Virus record (IMG/VR): IMGVR_UViG_3300045454_000117
Location: 812 to 64,811 of that record
DNA: 64,000 nucleotides
Source: a virus
Lineage: Duplodnaviria > Caudoviricetes
Strand: one strand, 5' to 3'
Shown: positions 35,766 to 46,296 of the stretch, piece after piece
Numbering within the stretch: the stretch's first letter is position 1
How the letters are laid out: each line of letters begins with the position of its first letter
Position numbers and translations under genes: made by a program
The notes under the pieces: generated by a model
Told to the model about the DNA's origin: nothing
Databases searched by the model: none
What the model saw: only the letters and a program-made list of their open reading frames with translations

Positions 35766-36244
35766 TTAAGACGGAGTTCGACGGCGCCAGCGTCGTCGCC
35801 AGGCTCGATGCGATGCCCGGTCGCGTCCGCGACGAACTCTATGTCGGCATCACCCGGCTCGCGATCCGCCTCGGGCGCAACGTCCAAAAGGATAAGCTGA
35901 GCGGGCAGGTGCTGAACGTCCGCTCCGGACGCCTCCGCCGCTCGATCGGTCACGTCGTCGAGGTCAACACGAACATCGTTGCCGGCATCGTCTCGACGCC
36001 GGTCGTTTACGCGCCCCCGCACGAATACGGGTTTCAGGGGACGGTGAACATCAAGGCCCACCTGCGGGAGATCAAGCAGGCCTTCGGGCGGCCGATCACC
36101 GCGCGGGCGGTCCAGGTCAACGCGCATAGTCGCGAGGTCAAGCTTCCGGAGCGCTCGTTTCTGCGCACCGCGTTGCGCGAGATGGAAGCCGCCGGCCTCC
36201 CGCGCGACGAGATCGATGCGGCGTTGAAGAGGGCCATCGCATGA
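35762..36244 (+). CDS. Tail completion/neck protein (HK97 gp10-like)
   Basis: RSGRLRRSI, YA..HEYG, P.R.FL. Confidence 0.8.
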   Translation: MIKTEFDGASVVARLDAMPGRVRDELYVGITRLAIRLGRNVQKDKLSGQVLNVRSGRLRRSIGHVVEVNTNIVAGIVSTPVVYAPPHEYGFQGTVNIKAHLREIKQAFGRPITARAVQVNAHSREVKLPERSFLRTALREMEAAGLPRDEIDAALKRAIA

Positions 36245-36678
36245 TTGAACGCGAGCCAATCTACGCCGCCCTATTCGATCTCGTCTGGGAAGACGCGATC
36301 TTCAAGAACCCGCGCGATTCAGCGCGCATCCTTCGCCACTGGGCGGATGTGCCCAAGGAGGAGCGCCCCGCGCTGTTCCTCACGCAGGGTCGCGAGACGG
36401 TCGTGAAGACCGCGGCCAACGGCTTTCCAACGGTCTGGATGCTCGAGGCCACGATCTACGTCTACGTCACGCGCGGGGATCACCTCACCCCGGGCGCAGT
36501 CATCAACCCGATCCTCGACGCAATCAGCGCGAAGCTGGAAGCCAATGCCCGCGGCCTGCCCCAGATGCTGGGCGGACTCGTCCAGTGGGCCCGCATCGAA
36601 GGCACCATAGAAACCTCGGAAGGGACGCTCGGCGAAGACGAGGTCGCGCTGATCCCTGTCCGCATGCTCACCGCCTAA
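36241..36678 (+). CDS. Tail terminator-like protein
   Basis: Position before the tail tube; RE.IY.ALF. Confidence 0.7.
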   Translation: MIEREPIYAALFDLVWEDAIFKNPRDSARILRHWADVPKEERPALFLTQGRETVVKTAANGFPTVWMLEATIYVYVTRGDHLTPGAVINPILDAISAKLEANARGLPQMLGGLVQWARIEGTIETSEGTLGEDEVALIPVRMLTA

Positions 36679-36717
36679 CCAACCCCGGCCCAGCCGGATC
36701 ACCAGGAGTACGAAACA

Positions 36718-37476
36718 ATGCACGCTTTCGGTTCCGGCGTCGTCTGGGGCACTGCCCTCACCGATGCCAACGGCGCGGCCGTCGCCAACCCGACCCCCGT
36801 CATGTGCGGTGTCCTTCAAGACATCAGCGTCGATATCAGCTTCGACACCAAGCAGCTCTACGGTCAGCTGCAGTTCCCCGTCGCGATCGCGCGCGGCAAG
36901 GGCAAGATCGACATCAAGGCGAAGATGGGCAAGCTCAACGGCGCCACGCTGAACAACCTGTTCTTCGGCCAGACCGTGTCGGCCGGGGCGGTGCTGAACC
37001 ATTACGATGTGGTCGGCTCGGCAATCCCCGCAGTCAGCACGTTCACGATCACCCCGACGCCGCCCTCATCGGGCACCTGGCAGCAGGATCTCGGCGTTAT
37101 GGACGCCAACGGCAACCTGTTCACGCGCGTGGCCAGCTCTCCCACCGCCGGCCAGTACAGCGTCTCCGCAGGCGTCTATACCTTCGCCGCGGCCGATGCT
37201 TCGAAGACGGTGTTCATCTCGTACAACTACACCGCGACTTCGACGGTCGCGCAGAAGTCGACGATCATGAACCTTCCGATGGGGGCGGTTCCGACGATTC
37301 GTCTCGACCTGTCGAACGGCCACGGCGGCAAGGGGATGTCGCTGTCGTTCTACAACTGCGTCTCCTCGAAGCTCCAGCTCGGATCGAAGCTCGACGACTT
37401 CATGATCCCCGAGATGGACTTCTCGGCTTTTGCGGACCCGCTTGGCCGGGTCGGCATGTGGTCGACGGCGGACTGA
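36718..37476 (+). CDS. Major tail tube protein
   Basis: FGSG, LQD.S.D.....K.LYG..QFP; position; biased codons. Confidence 0.82.
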   Translation: MHAFGSGVVWGTALTDANGAAVANPTPVMCGVLQDISVDISFDTKQLYGQLQFPVAIARGKGKIDIKAKMGKLNGATLNNLFFGQTVSAGAVLNHYDVVGSAIPAVSTFTITPTPPSSGTWQQDLGVMDANGNLFTRVASSPTAGQYSVSAGVYTFAAADASKTVFISYNYTATSTVAQKSTIMNLPMGAVPTIRLDLSNGHGGKGMSLSFYNCVSSKLQLGSKLDDFMIPEMDFSAFADPLGRVGMWSTAD

Positions 37477-37480
37477 TCCG

Positions 37481-37945
37481 ATGGCGGAGAGGAAAAACGC
37501 CGTCGTCACGCTGCTGGGGCGCGATTGGGAGATCGCGCCCTACAAGCTCGGCTCGATGATCAAGGCCGCCGAATTCGTCGACTCGGCAAAGGCCCGCAAC
37601 GAGAAGGTCGCCGAGCGGCTTGGCATCTACATCACCCCCGACGATACCGAGCCCGAGATTCGCTCGAAGGCGCTGCAGATCGCCGCGGGCACCACCCTCG
37701 CGGAAATGATGGCGACGATGCAGGACGCGGTTGCGATCCTCCATATCGGGATTTCCAAGATCGACCCGTCGGTGACCGTCGAAGCGATGCTCGACGACAT
37801 CGACAATACCCCGCAGGCCTTTGCCAACATCATGGTCGGCATGAACGCGGTGCTGGGCCAGAGCGGCATGAAATTGGGGGAAGCAACGGCCCCGGCGCCG
37901 CAGGCGGAAGTGCCCGGGGCCTCCGGGGAATCCTCCGCGGAATAA
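37481..37945 (+). CDS. Tail assembly chaperone (gpG-like)
   Basis: Between tube and tape measure; slippery G GGG GAA at 37876-37882. Confidence 0.8.
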   Translation: MAERKNAVVTLLGRDWEIAPYKLGSMIKAAEFVDSAKARNEKVAERLGIYITPDDTEPEIRSKALQIAAGTTLAEMMATMQDAVAILHIGISKIDPSVTVEAMLDDIDNTPQAFANIMVGMNAVLGQSGMKLGEATAPAPQAEVPGASGESSAE

Positions 37946-38262
37946 TCTTCGAACTGGTCGCCGCTGGGGTCGAGGGCGGCTCCAAGCGCGCGATCGAGGA
38001 AGAATGGGGCCTCGACGATGTGTCCGAGCTTCGCCGCCACTGGCGCGAGGCGGGACCGCCGACCCACATCGCTGTGGCGCACTTTGCCGCGGCGTGGGGC
38101 GTCAAACTGACCGGCGACCCTGAGCCGGACGCGATCACCTACCTGGAGCCACCCAAAGGCTCGCCCACCATCGCGGAGCTGTCGGAGGGCATCTCCGTGG
38201 TGCCGGGCGGCGACACCCTCGCCGCGTCGCAAGCAGTCCTGAAACGGCTGCACCAGTCCTGA
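37876..38262 (+). CDS. gpT-like extension reached by -1 frameshift
   Basis: Overlapping -1 frame with no good start; W...PP motif. Confidence 0.7.
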   Translation, partial: GGSNGPGAAGGSARGLRGILRGIIFELVAAGVEGGSKRAIEEEWGLDDVSELRRHWREAGPPTHIAVAHFAAAWGVKLTGDPEPDAITYLEPPKGSPTIAELSEGISVVPGGDTLAASQAVLKRLHQS

Positions 38263-38284
38263 ACCGTCGCCGGAGGCGCACCAC

Positions 38285-41209
38285 ATGAACGACAACGAAG
38301 CCCGGGTTCGGATCGTTGCCGACGCAACCGGTGTGCGTCCGGGGACGGAAAAGGCAAAGAGCGAGATCGGCGAACTTGGGCCCGCGCTCGCGCAGCTCAA
38401 CAGCCGGTTCGCCGAAATGAGCGCGATGATGCGCCAGACGATGGCGCAGGGTGCGACATCCGCCGAGCAGATGACGCGCGAAATGCGCCAGCTTGAGGTC
38501 CAGACCGAGCGCGAAAGCCGGGCGCTGTCCGAGATGAACGCCCGCATCGAGCAGGGGTTGATGTCGCTCGGCGGCTGGAAGTCCCGCATCGGCAACGTCT
38601 TCGCCGGGTTCATCGCCGGATTCTCAGTCCAGCAGGTCGTCGACTTCTCGAAGCGCATGGGCGAGGCAGCGGAGAAGACCGCATTGCTGAGCCAGCGCCT
38701 CGGCATGACGACCAGCGATGTCCAGATGCTGGGGGCGTTGGCGGAGATTACCGCGAGCGACGTCGACAAGCTGGCCGGCGCGATGGCGAAGCTGGACCGG
38801 ACGTTCGCCTCCGCGAAGGAAGGCGGGAAATCGCAGGCCGCCGCCTTCAAGCAGATCGGCGTCGACGTCCAGGGCAACTACACCCAGATGCAGCTGCTGC
38901 AGGCCGTCATGGGGCGGTTCAGCGAAATGGCCGATGGCCCGGCGAAGGTCGCGCTTGCGATGCAGCTGCTCGGCCGCAGCGGCGCCGAACTGATCCCTGT
39001 TCTTTCGATGTCCAAGGAAGAGCAGGAGCAGTTCAACCAGAAGCTGGCCTATTACGGGGTCATCAGCGAAGAGGCGATCGCCAAGGGCAATCAGCTCGCG
39101 GACGCTTGGGATGACAACGCGCTCGCTATGAAGGGCGTCGAGAACGTCCTGACCGCGGCGATGGCACCTGCGATGGCGACGCTGGTCGAGGGCTTGAACG
39201 GCTTCATCGCGCAGTGCGTCCGCAGCTACAACGCCGGCGGGGTCGTGGCGCAGGTCATGGAGATCATGGGCGTCGCCATCAAATCGGTGGTGTCGATCCT
39301 TGTCGCGTTCGGCGCGGCCGCAGACTTCACCTTCAAGACGATCAGCGGTGCGGCCTATGGATTGGCCGGGATCTTGATGTCCGTGTTCGACGGAATCGTC
39401 GCCGGGGTGAAAATCACCGGCTCGGCTTTCGTCACCTTTGGTGCCGTCATCTACGAAGCGCTCAACCTTAACTGGGCCGGCATCAAGGCGCAGTTCGCGG
39501 CCGGGTTGAACGACATCACGCGCATGACGCGCGAGGCCGGTCAGCAGATCAGCGCCAATCTGAGCGCGGGCTTCGCCGCCGGTTCCGCACAGTGGGCCGC
39601 CGCGGACAAGAACTGGATGGCTGCCGATGCCTGGGTGAAGAAGCTCTGGAACCCCGGCCCGGCTCCGAAGATCACCCCATCGCCCAGCGGCACGACCGGC
39701 GATATCGTCGCCAGTGGCGGCGGGAAGGACAAGGACAAAGACAGCAACGCCCGCATGACGAAGTGGGAGGCGGAGCTGGAGCGCCAGAAGATGGCGATCG
39801 CTGCCCTGGCCGATGCCGAGCAGACCTTCCGCGAGATGTCGAAGTCCGACGAGGCCGCCTATTGGGGCGCGCTGCTCGAGCGCGCGGACCTGACCCAGCA
39901 GGAACGCCTCGACATCGAGAAGAAGTATTATGCGCTTCGCCGCGAGGTGCGGCGCGAAGAGTACGACGTCCAGATCGCCGCCTTCGGACGCGAGCTTGAG
40001 GCGGCGCGCGGCAATGCCGCCGAACGGACCCGGATCGCAACGGCGATGGCCGAGTTCGTGAAATCGAAGCACGGCGAGGACAGCCGCGAGTATCAGCAGG
40101 CCCAGGACCGCATCGTCCAGATCGCACGGGAATCGGCCGAGCAACGCCGTCGAATCGAACTCGACCTGATCCGGGCGAAGCAGCAGATGGAGCTCGACGC
40201 CATCGATGACGCCCGCGACGCCGCGCGCTTCCGGGTCGAGATGGGGGTCCAGACCAACCTCGAGCTGTTGCGCCAGGAGCGGGATTTCGAGCGCCAGCGC
40301 TTCGCAGTCCAGATGCAGGCACTGCGCGCTCAGCAGTCGCTGGTCGATCCCTCCAAGGATCCGGAGCGCTATGGCCAGATCAATAATCAGATCGTCGCCT
40401 TGGAGCGCCAGCACCAGATCCGCCTGACACAGATCGAGCGGGCTGCGACGCTGGAGCGCACGCTTATCCAGCGTAATGCGATCAATTCGACGGCGCAGTT
40501 GTGGGGCCAGAACATCTCCCGGCTGCTAACGCTGCAGCAGAGCTTCGGCGAGACGATCCGCAACCTCTACATCGGCATGGTCGGGGTCGTCGCCGATGCG
40601 CTGGCCCAGATCATCGCCAACTGGATCGCAAAGAAGCTCGCCGCCCTGATCCTGGGCAACGCGGCGGAAAAGGCATCGGGTGCTGCGACGATCGCCACGG
40701 AGGCGGCGAAAGCGGGCGCAGGCGGCACCGCATCGATGGCGGCGGCACCGTTCCCGCTCAACCTCGGCGCTCCCGCGTTTGGTGCGGCGATGGCCGGGAT
40801 CGCGATGGGATATCAGAGCTTGCTCGCCGTCCCCGGCTTCGCGGTAGGTGCCAAGAACCTGTCGCGCGATCAGCTCGCAATGGTCCACGCCGGCGAGACG
40901 ATCATTCCGGCTGCGGAAGCGGGCGGCTGGCGCACGCTCATGGAGATGGTCGCGGGGATGCCGCGGCTCAATCTTCCCGCTATGCTCCAGGCACCGCTGG
41001 CGGCCGGGCTTGCACCTGCGAATTCGAACACCCCGTTCGCGGATAACGATCGCGGTGGCGATGGCGGCACCCACTATCACTTCCACGGCGACATCAAGGC
41101 GTGGGATGGAAAGTCGGTAAAGCAGATGCTGAAGACGCATGCGACTGATGTCGCCGCGGCTGCGGATGCCGGCGCCCGCCAGGGTTACCGGCCTTCGTCG
41201 ACCAGCTAG
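38285..41209 (+). CDS. Tape measure protein
   Basis: 974 aa, Ala-rich helical; AMVH.GE.IIP near the C-terminus. Confidence 0.92.
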   Translation: MNDNEARVRIVADATGVRPGTEKAKSEIGELGPALAQLNSRFAEMSAMMRQTMAQGATSAEQMTREMRQLEVQTERESRALSEMNARIEQGLMSLGGWKSRIGNVFAGFIAGFSVQQVVDFSKRMGEAAEKTALLSQRLGMTTSDVQMLGALAEITASDVDKLAGAMAKLDRTFASAKEGGKSQAAAFKQIGVDVQGNYTQMQLLQAVMGRFSEMADGPAKVALAMQLLGRSGAELIPVLSMSKEEQEQFNQKLAYYGVISEEAIAKGNQLADAWDDNALAMKGVENVLTAAMAPAMATLVEGLNGFIAQCVRSYNAGGVVAQVMEIMGVAIKSVVSILVAFGAAADFTFKTISGAAYGLAGILMSVFDGIVAGVKITGSAFVTFGAVIYEALNLNWAGIKAQFAAGLNDITRMTREAGQQISANLSAGFAAGSAQWAAADKNWMAADAWVKKLWNPGPAPKITPSPSGTTGDIVASGGGKDKDKDSNARMTKWEAELERQKMAIAALADAEQTFREMSKSDEAAYWGALLERADLTQQERLDIEKKYYALRREVRREEYDVQIAAFGRELEAARGNAAERTRIATAMAEFVKSKHGEDSREYQQAQDRIVQIARESAEQRRRIELDLIRAKQQMELDAIDDARDAARFRVEMGVQTNLELLRQERDFERQRFAVQMQALRAQQSLVDPSKDPERYGQINNQIVALERQHQIRLTQIERAATLERTLIQRNAINSTAQLWGQNISRLLTLQQSFGETIRNLYIGMVGVVADALAQIIANWIAKKLAALILGNAAEKASGAATIATEAAKAGAGGTASMAAAPFPLNLGAPAFGAAMAGIAMGYQSLLAVPGFAVGAKNLSRDQLAMVHAGETIIPAAEAGGWRTLMEMVAGMPRLNLPAMLQAPLAAGLAPANSNTPFADNDRGGDGGTHYHFHGDIKAWDGKSVKQMLKTHATDVAAAADAGARQGYRPSSTS

Positions 41210-41607
41210 ACCCGGGTCAGGTTGTTAAGGGGCTGCCTGCAGTTCGCGTTCCAGAATCGGGCGTCGCGATGCGATGCGCCAGCCTGGAACGCGACCTGTT
41301 CGCGGTTCATGCCGCCGAAGCCGTTCTCGGCACGATACTCGATGCAGACCAACGACGCATCGTCCGTGACCCCGATCAGGTCGAATTTGACGGAATCCGG
41401 ATTGCGGGCCGCGGCAATGATCGAGCGCTTCGCGACCATCGCGGCCGCCACGCGCTTGTCGCCTTCGGCTTTCGACTGGGCATCCTTGGCTCGTTCCTCC
41501 GGCGACGGGTCCGGCCCGGCGAGCCTGACCAGCGCTACGAGCACCAGGAGGGCGAACAGCACGATCACCGCTTTCCGCAATCCGCCGCTCCTTTTCTCAA
41601 CTGCCAT
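41206..41607 (-). CDS. Moron: single-TM membrane protein
   Basis: N-terminal TM, NPDS.KF, YRAENGFGG; antisense to the tail operon. Confidence 0.75.
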   Translation of the reverse strand: MAVEKRSGGLRKAVIVLFALLVLVALVRLAGPDPSPEERAKDAQSKAEGDKRVAAAMVAKRSIIAAARNPDSVKFDLIGVTDDASLVCIEYRAENGFGGMNREQVAFQAGASHRDARFWNANCRQPLNNLTRV

Positions 41608-41634
41608 ACCGACTCGCCCCCGGCCAGAAGCGGG

Positions 41635-41663
41635 ACGCTAGTCGGCACGGGCGCGCAATTCAA
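41635..41663 (-). promoter_or_regulatory. Putative promoter of the moron
   Basis: TTGAAT-N17-TAGCGT. Confidence 0.5.
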
Positions 41664-41716
41664 CGCATCGGTCCCGGCCATCGGGTCGACCGAGAGGCCG
41701 GAGCAATGCCCTGACC

Positions 41717-42370
41717 ATGATCTCGCCGTTCCTTCCGACGCGCTGGCTCATCTCGAGCGCGGACACCGTCGATGACCCGACGATCTTTCCGCTCCTGATC
41801 GGGCAAACCCTGCTGACCGCGAAGGCTCCGCAGTGGCGGACGTCGATCGCGACCGCCAGCTCCGGCCGGGAGCGGAGGCAACAGCGATGGTCCTATCCTC
41901 GCTGGACGTTCCAGCTCGCTTACGAGGTTCTGCGCCAGCAGCCCGGGGCCGATGACCTCGGCAAGCTGTGGGCGTTCTTCAACATGCACGCCGGGCCTGC
42001 GGGCGAGTTCGGCTACCTCGACCCGACCGACTGCACCGTCGACAATCAGGTGTTTGGCATGGGCGATGGGACGACCGATGCTTTCCGGCTGACGCGGACG
42101 ATGGCGTTCGGCGGCATCCGCTTCACCGAGCCGGTGCGCCAGGTGATCGGTATCCCAGCCGTGACCGTCGATGGGGTCGAGGCGGCCGTCACGATCGGCG
42201 ACGATGCGACCGTCGAGTTCGATACCCCTCCGGGATCCGGCGCGGTCCTGCGTTGGACGGGGCGTTTCGCCTTCCGGGTCCGGTTCCTCAACGAACAACT
42301 CGAAGCCGAGCAGATGATGAAGACGCTGTGGTCGAGCGCTGGCCTGCAGCTGATTTCCTTGAAAGGTTGA
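41717..42370 (+). CDS. DUF2460 distal tail protein (GTA-like)
   Basis: W.TSI..ASSG.E.R..W..P, FF....G, GDG...F.L, F..RVRF. Confidence 0.88.
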   Translation: MISPFLPTRWLISSADTVDDPTIFPLLIGQTLLTAKAPQWRTSIATASSGRERRQQRWSYPRWTFQLAYEVLRQQPGADDLGKLWAFFNMHAGPAGEFGYLDPTDCTVDNQVFGMGDGTTDAFRLTRTMAFGGIRFTEPVRQVIGIPAVTVDGVEAAVTIGDDATVEFDTPPGSGAVLRWTGRFAFRVRFLNEQLEAEQMMKTLWSSAGLQLISLKG

Positions 42371-42372
42371 TC

Positions 42373-43245
42373 GTGAAGGCATCTACGCCTGAGTTGCGCG
42401 CGCTGCTGGCGACGCGGAAGTTCGTGTCGGCTGACATCTGGACCTTGCGACTGAACGGGGGTGCGGTGGTTCGCTGGTCGGGCGCCGATATCCCGATCAT
42501 GGCGAACGGCAACACCTTCGCCCTCGGCCCCGCCATCGATCGCGGGTCGATCGTCGAGAAGGTCGGCCTGGAGGTCGCAACCCTCCTGGTGAACCTCGAT
42601 GCTGGGCCGGATGACACGATCAATTCGATTCCGCTGATCGCCTTCATCGCGCGGCGCGGTCTCGATGGTGCGAGCGTCAAGCTGGAGCGGGCATTCGCCC
42701 CAGATTGGACCGCGATGCGCCCCGAGAACGGCGGCGCGACCGGCACAGTGCTGCGCTTCGCCGGGAAGGTAACATCGGTGGGCGAGATCAAAGGCACCCA
42801 TGCGGAGATCACCGTCTCAGCATGGACCATCCTGCTCAACGTCAGCATGCCCGCCAACCTCTATCAAGTTCCCTGCCTTCACACTGTCTATGACGTCGGC
42901 TGCGGCCTCGATCCGGAGGACTTCAAGGAGACCGGGACCGTGACGGGGACGCCGAGCGGTCTGGCCTTTACCTCGACGGTGAGCGGCGCGGCCGGGGTGT
43001 TCGCGCAGGGTCGTGTCGTCTTCACCTCAGGGGCCAACACCGGGATCTCGCGCACGGTGAAGGATAACGATGGATCGGGCGGCTTCTCGTTGATCCAGTC
43101 GCTTCCCGCAGTCCCCGCCGCCGGCGATGCCTTCAAGGTCTATCAGGGCTGCGATCTCGCCAAAGGCACCTGCGAGACGAAATTCGCCAACCTCGGGCGC
43201 TTCAAGGCGACGCCCTACGTCCCTCTCCCCGAGACCGCGATATGA
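42373..43245 (+). CDS. DUF2163 baseplate hub (GTA-like)
   Basis: C...YD.GC and GCD....C..KF.N...F...P.P. Confidence 0.88.
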   Translation: MKASTPELRALLATRKFVSADIWTLRLNGGAVVRWSGADIPIMANGNTFALGPAIDRGSIVEKVGLEVATLLVNLDAGPDDTINSIPLIAFIARRGLDGASVKLERAFAPDWTAMRPENGGATGTVLRFAGKVTSVGEIKGTHAEITVSAWTILLNVSMPANLYQVPCLHTVYDVGCGLDPEDFKETGTVTGTPSGLAFTSTVSGAAGVFAQGRVVFTSGANTGISRTVKDNDGSGGFSLIQSLPAVPAAGDAFKVYQGCDLAKGTCETKFANLGRFKATPYVPLPETAI

Positions 43246-43661
43246 CGCGCGACCAGGTGGTTGCCGAGGCATTACGCTGGGAGGGGACGCCGTATCATCA
43301 CCGCGCCCGCGTTCTTGGGGTCGGCGTCGATTGCGCCCAACTCCCCCTTGCCGTCTATCACGCCTGCGGGCTGATCCCTGATCTCGATCCGAAGTACACG
43401 ACCGACTGGATGCTACACCGGGACGAGGAGCGCTATCTCGGCGTTGTCCGCGACCACGCCCGCGAGATCGATCGAGGCCAAGTCGGCCGCGGCGACTTCG
43501 CGATCTGGAAGTACGGCCGGACCTACAGCCACGGTGCCATCCTGCTCGACCCGCCCACGGTGCTGCATGCGGTGCAGTTCGCGGGCGCGGTTATCCGCGG
43601 CGACATCGATCGAGACGAAGAGCTGCGCGCCCGCGCGGTCAAATTTTTCACCCTGTTCTGA
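43242..43661 (+). CDS. NlpC/P60 tail peptidase
   Basis: W.GTPYHH, G.GVDC, SHGAI, LHA. Confidence 0.9.
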   Translation: MTRDQVVAEALRWEGTPYHHRARVLGVGVDCAQLPLAVYHACGLIPDLDPKYTTDWMLHRDEERYLGVVRDHAREIDRGQVGRGDFAIWKYGRTYSHGAILLDPPTVLHAVQFAGAVIRGDIDRDEELRARAVKFFTLF

Positions 43662-43675
43662 GGGAGCCGGCGGGC

Positions 43676-46267
43676 ATGCTGGGTAAAAAGACCTCCACCA
43701 CTGCGACGAAGCTCAACGCGATCAACGTCCAGTCCTCGACGCTCGGCCGCGCGCTGTCGCTGGGCTGGGGCCGCGGGCGCATGTCCTGCAATCTCGGCTG
43801 GTACGGCGGATTTCGAGCGATTCCCCAGACGACGAAGACCGGCGGCAAGGGTTTAGGCGGGTCCAAGAACACCACCTACACCTACAAGGCATCGGTCATC
43901 ATGATGCTGGGCGAGGGGCCGATCGCCGGGGTCCGCACCGTCTACAAAGATAAGTCGGTGTTCACCAACGGAGCGACCAGCGCACTAGCGCAGGCCGGGC
44001 TGAGCCTGGCGACGGGCGAGGTCGATCAGGCACCGTGGGGGTATCTTGTCAGCCAGTTTCCTTCCGAGGCGCTCGCCTATTCCGGCATCGCCTATGTCTA
44101 CGCGGCGAACTACGACCTGTCGGACTCGGCCACCCTGTCCAACCACAGCTTCGAGGTCGATTTCGCGATCCAGCTCGGCGGTGGCGTCTGTGACGCCGAC
44201 CCGCGCGACATCGCGGTCGACTATCTCACCAGCCCGTCACATGGCTTGCCGGGCTGGTCCGCTGGCCTAATCGGGGACCTCGACAATTGGTCGTATTATG
44301 CCCGCGCGACGGGACTGCTGCTGTCCCCGGTGGAGGAATCGCAGCGCCGGGCGAGCGAGTTCCTCCTCGAGATCGCGCAGGCTTCGAATACGGACCTGTT
44401 CTGGTCCGAGGGGCTGCTTAAGGCCACGCCGCTGGGCGACGCCCCCGCGACCGGCAATGGGGTCACCTGGACCCCCGACCTGACGCACTGCTATCATCTC
44501 TCCGAGGATGACTTCCTTGCCGACGACGGCGAGCCTCCGGTCGTGCTGGAGATCGTCGACCAGACCGACGCCTACAACATCGTCCAGGTCGAGTTCCGCG
44601 ATCGCGCGAACCAGTACAACGCGGCGATCGCCACCGCGCAGGATCTCGCGAACATCGTCGAGTTCGGCCGCCGCAAGCAGGATCCGACGAACTGGCAGTC
44701 GATCGCGGATGCTGCGGTCGCGCAGAAGGCAACGCAGCTGCTGCTCCAGCGCACCCTGTACACGCGCGAGCGCTTCAAGTTTCGCCTGCCCTGGGACTTC
44801 GTGCTGCTCGAGCCCACCGATATCGTGACCATCACCACGGTCAGCGATGGCCTTCTGCTCGATCACCTGCCCGTCCGCATCGCTGAGATCGAGGAGGACG
44901 AGGACGGTCAGCTCGTCGTGCTCGCTAACGCCCTTCCGATGGGTGCCGCCTCTGCTCTGTCATCCAGCGGGCAGAGCGGCGCCGGCTATCAGCCCAATGC
45001 TGACATCGCGCCCGGGTCAGTATCGGACCCGGTCCTGTTCAACGCACCGTCCTCCCTGACCTCCGGTCGCCGCGAGATCTGGTGCGCGGCCAGTTCGACG
45101 TCGCCGAACTGGGGCGGCTGCGAGGTCTGGATCAGCGTCGATGGAATCACCTTCAGCAGAGTCGGCGTCATCGAAGCCCCGGCGCGCTATGGCGAGCTGA
45201 CCGCTGCCCTCGCGCTGACCGCAGACCCCGACAATACCAACACGCTCTCCATCGACTTGGCGGAGAGCCTCGGGACGATCGCAGGCGGTACAGCCGCCGA
45301 GATGAATGCCGGGGCGACGCTCAGCCTCGTCGGGAGCGAGCTGATCTCCTATCAGGATGCAACCCTGACCGGTCCGCATCAGTACGACCTCAGCCCGCTC
45401 CGCCGCGGCCTCTACGGCACGGTGCCGGCATCGCATAGCAGCGGTGCGCGCTTCGTCCGTCTCGACGATGCGATCTTCAAGATCGACTATGGCGCGCTCA
45501 GCGTCGGGGCGACGGTGCAGGTCAAGCTGCCCAGCTTCAACATCTTCGGACGCGCGCTGGAATCGCTGGCGGATGTGCCCGAATTCACCGTGGAGCTGGA
45601 ACCAGCGACAGCGCGGCCGGACAAAGCGGGGAATGTGCGGCTGGCCCAGCCCTGGACTGGCACGACGCTCAATGTGGTCTGCGATGCCGCCGAACGGGCC
45701 ACCGCGTACAAGTTCCGCTTTTTCCTGCCAGACGAAGCCACGCTGGTGCGCGAGATCAACAGTTCGTCGCCGACAGCCATCTACACCGCATCGCTCGCGG
45801 CACAGGATGGTGTCCAGCGCGCCTATGCGATCGAATGCGTCGCCACCAACTCGGCCGGGGATGCGGCACCGTCGGAGTGGCTGCACGTCACCAACGTTGC
45901 GCCCGCGGCGGTGACGACCCCGGCGATCGCGGGCGGCGCGACCACTGCGGTGGGAACCTGTGATGTCTCCGGCGATGCGGATGTGGCCGGGTATGTCGTC
46001 TTTTATTCCGACACCACCGGCTTCGATCCTTCGACCTCCGGTGGCGTGGTCTCGTCCGGCATCCCATCGGTCCAGATCTTCGGCCTCCCCGCTGGCACCT
46101 ACTACGGCCGGATCGCGGCCTATGATGGCTGGACCTCCAATCCAGCCCACCTGAATCTTTCGTCTGAAATCACCTTCACCATCACCACCGGCGGCGGCTC
46201 CACGCCGTCCGGCGGTGGCTCCAGCGGCGGCGGTTACGGAGGTCAGTATCAGCGCACGTTGGAGTAA
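43676..46267 (+). CDS. Central tail fibre/host-specificity protein (Phage-tail_3, J-like)
   Basis: LGEGPI, LAYSG.AY, LLEP.D.V, L.RG.YGT..H..G; FN3-like C-terminus. Confidence 0.85.
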   Translation: MLGKKTSTTATKLNAINVQSSTLGRALSLGWGRGRMSCNLGWYGGFRAIPQTTKTGGKGLGGSKNTTYTYKASVIMMLGEGPIAGVRTVYKDKSVFTNGATSALAQAGLSLATGEVDQAPWGYLVSQFPSEALAYSGIAYVYAANYDLSDSATLSNHSFEVDFAIQLGGGVCDADPRDIAVDYLTSPSHGLPGWSAGLIGDLDNWSYYARATGLLLSPVEESQRRASEFLLEIAQASNTDLFWSEGLLKATPLGDAPATGNGVTWTPDLTHCYHLSEDDFLADDGEPPVVLEIVDQTDAYNIVQVEFRDRANQYNAAIATAQDLANIVEFGRRKQDPTNWQSIADAAVAQKATQLLLQRTLYTRERFKFRLPWDFVLLEPTDIVTITTVSDGLLLDHLPVRIAEIEEDEDGQLVVLANALPMGAASALSSSGQSGAGYQPNADIAPGSVSDPVLFNAPSSLTSGRREIWCAASSTSPNWGGCEVWISVDGITFSRVGVIEAPARYGELTAALALTADPDNTNTLSIDLAESLGTIAGGTAAEMNAGATLSLVGSELISYQDATLTGPHQYDLSPLRRGLYGTVPASHSSGARFVRLDDAIFKIDYGALSVGATVQVKLPSFNIFGRALESLADVPEFTVELEPATARPDKAGNVRLAQPWTGTTLNVVCDAAERATAYKFRFFLPDEATLVREINSSSPTAIYTASLAAQDGVQRAYAIECVATNSAGDAAPSEWLHVTNVAPAAVTTPAIAGGATTAVGTCDVSGDADVAGYVVFYSDTTGFDPSTSGGVVSSGIPSVQIFGLPAGTYYGRIAAYDGWTSNPAHLNLSSEITFTITTGGGSTPSGGGSSGGGYGGQYQRTLE

Positions 46268-46296
46268 ACCTTTCTCTCCTCTTCCTCGGAGGTTCC

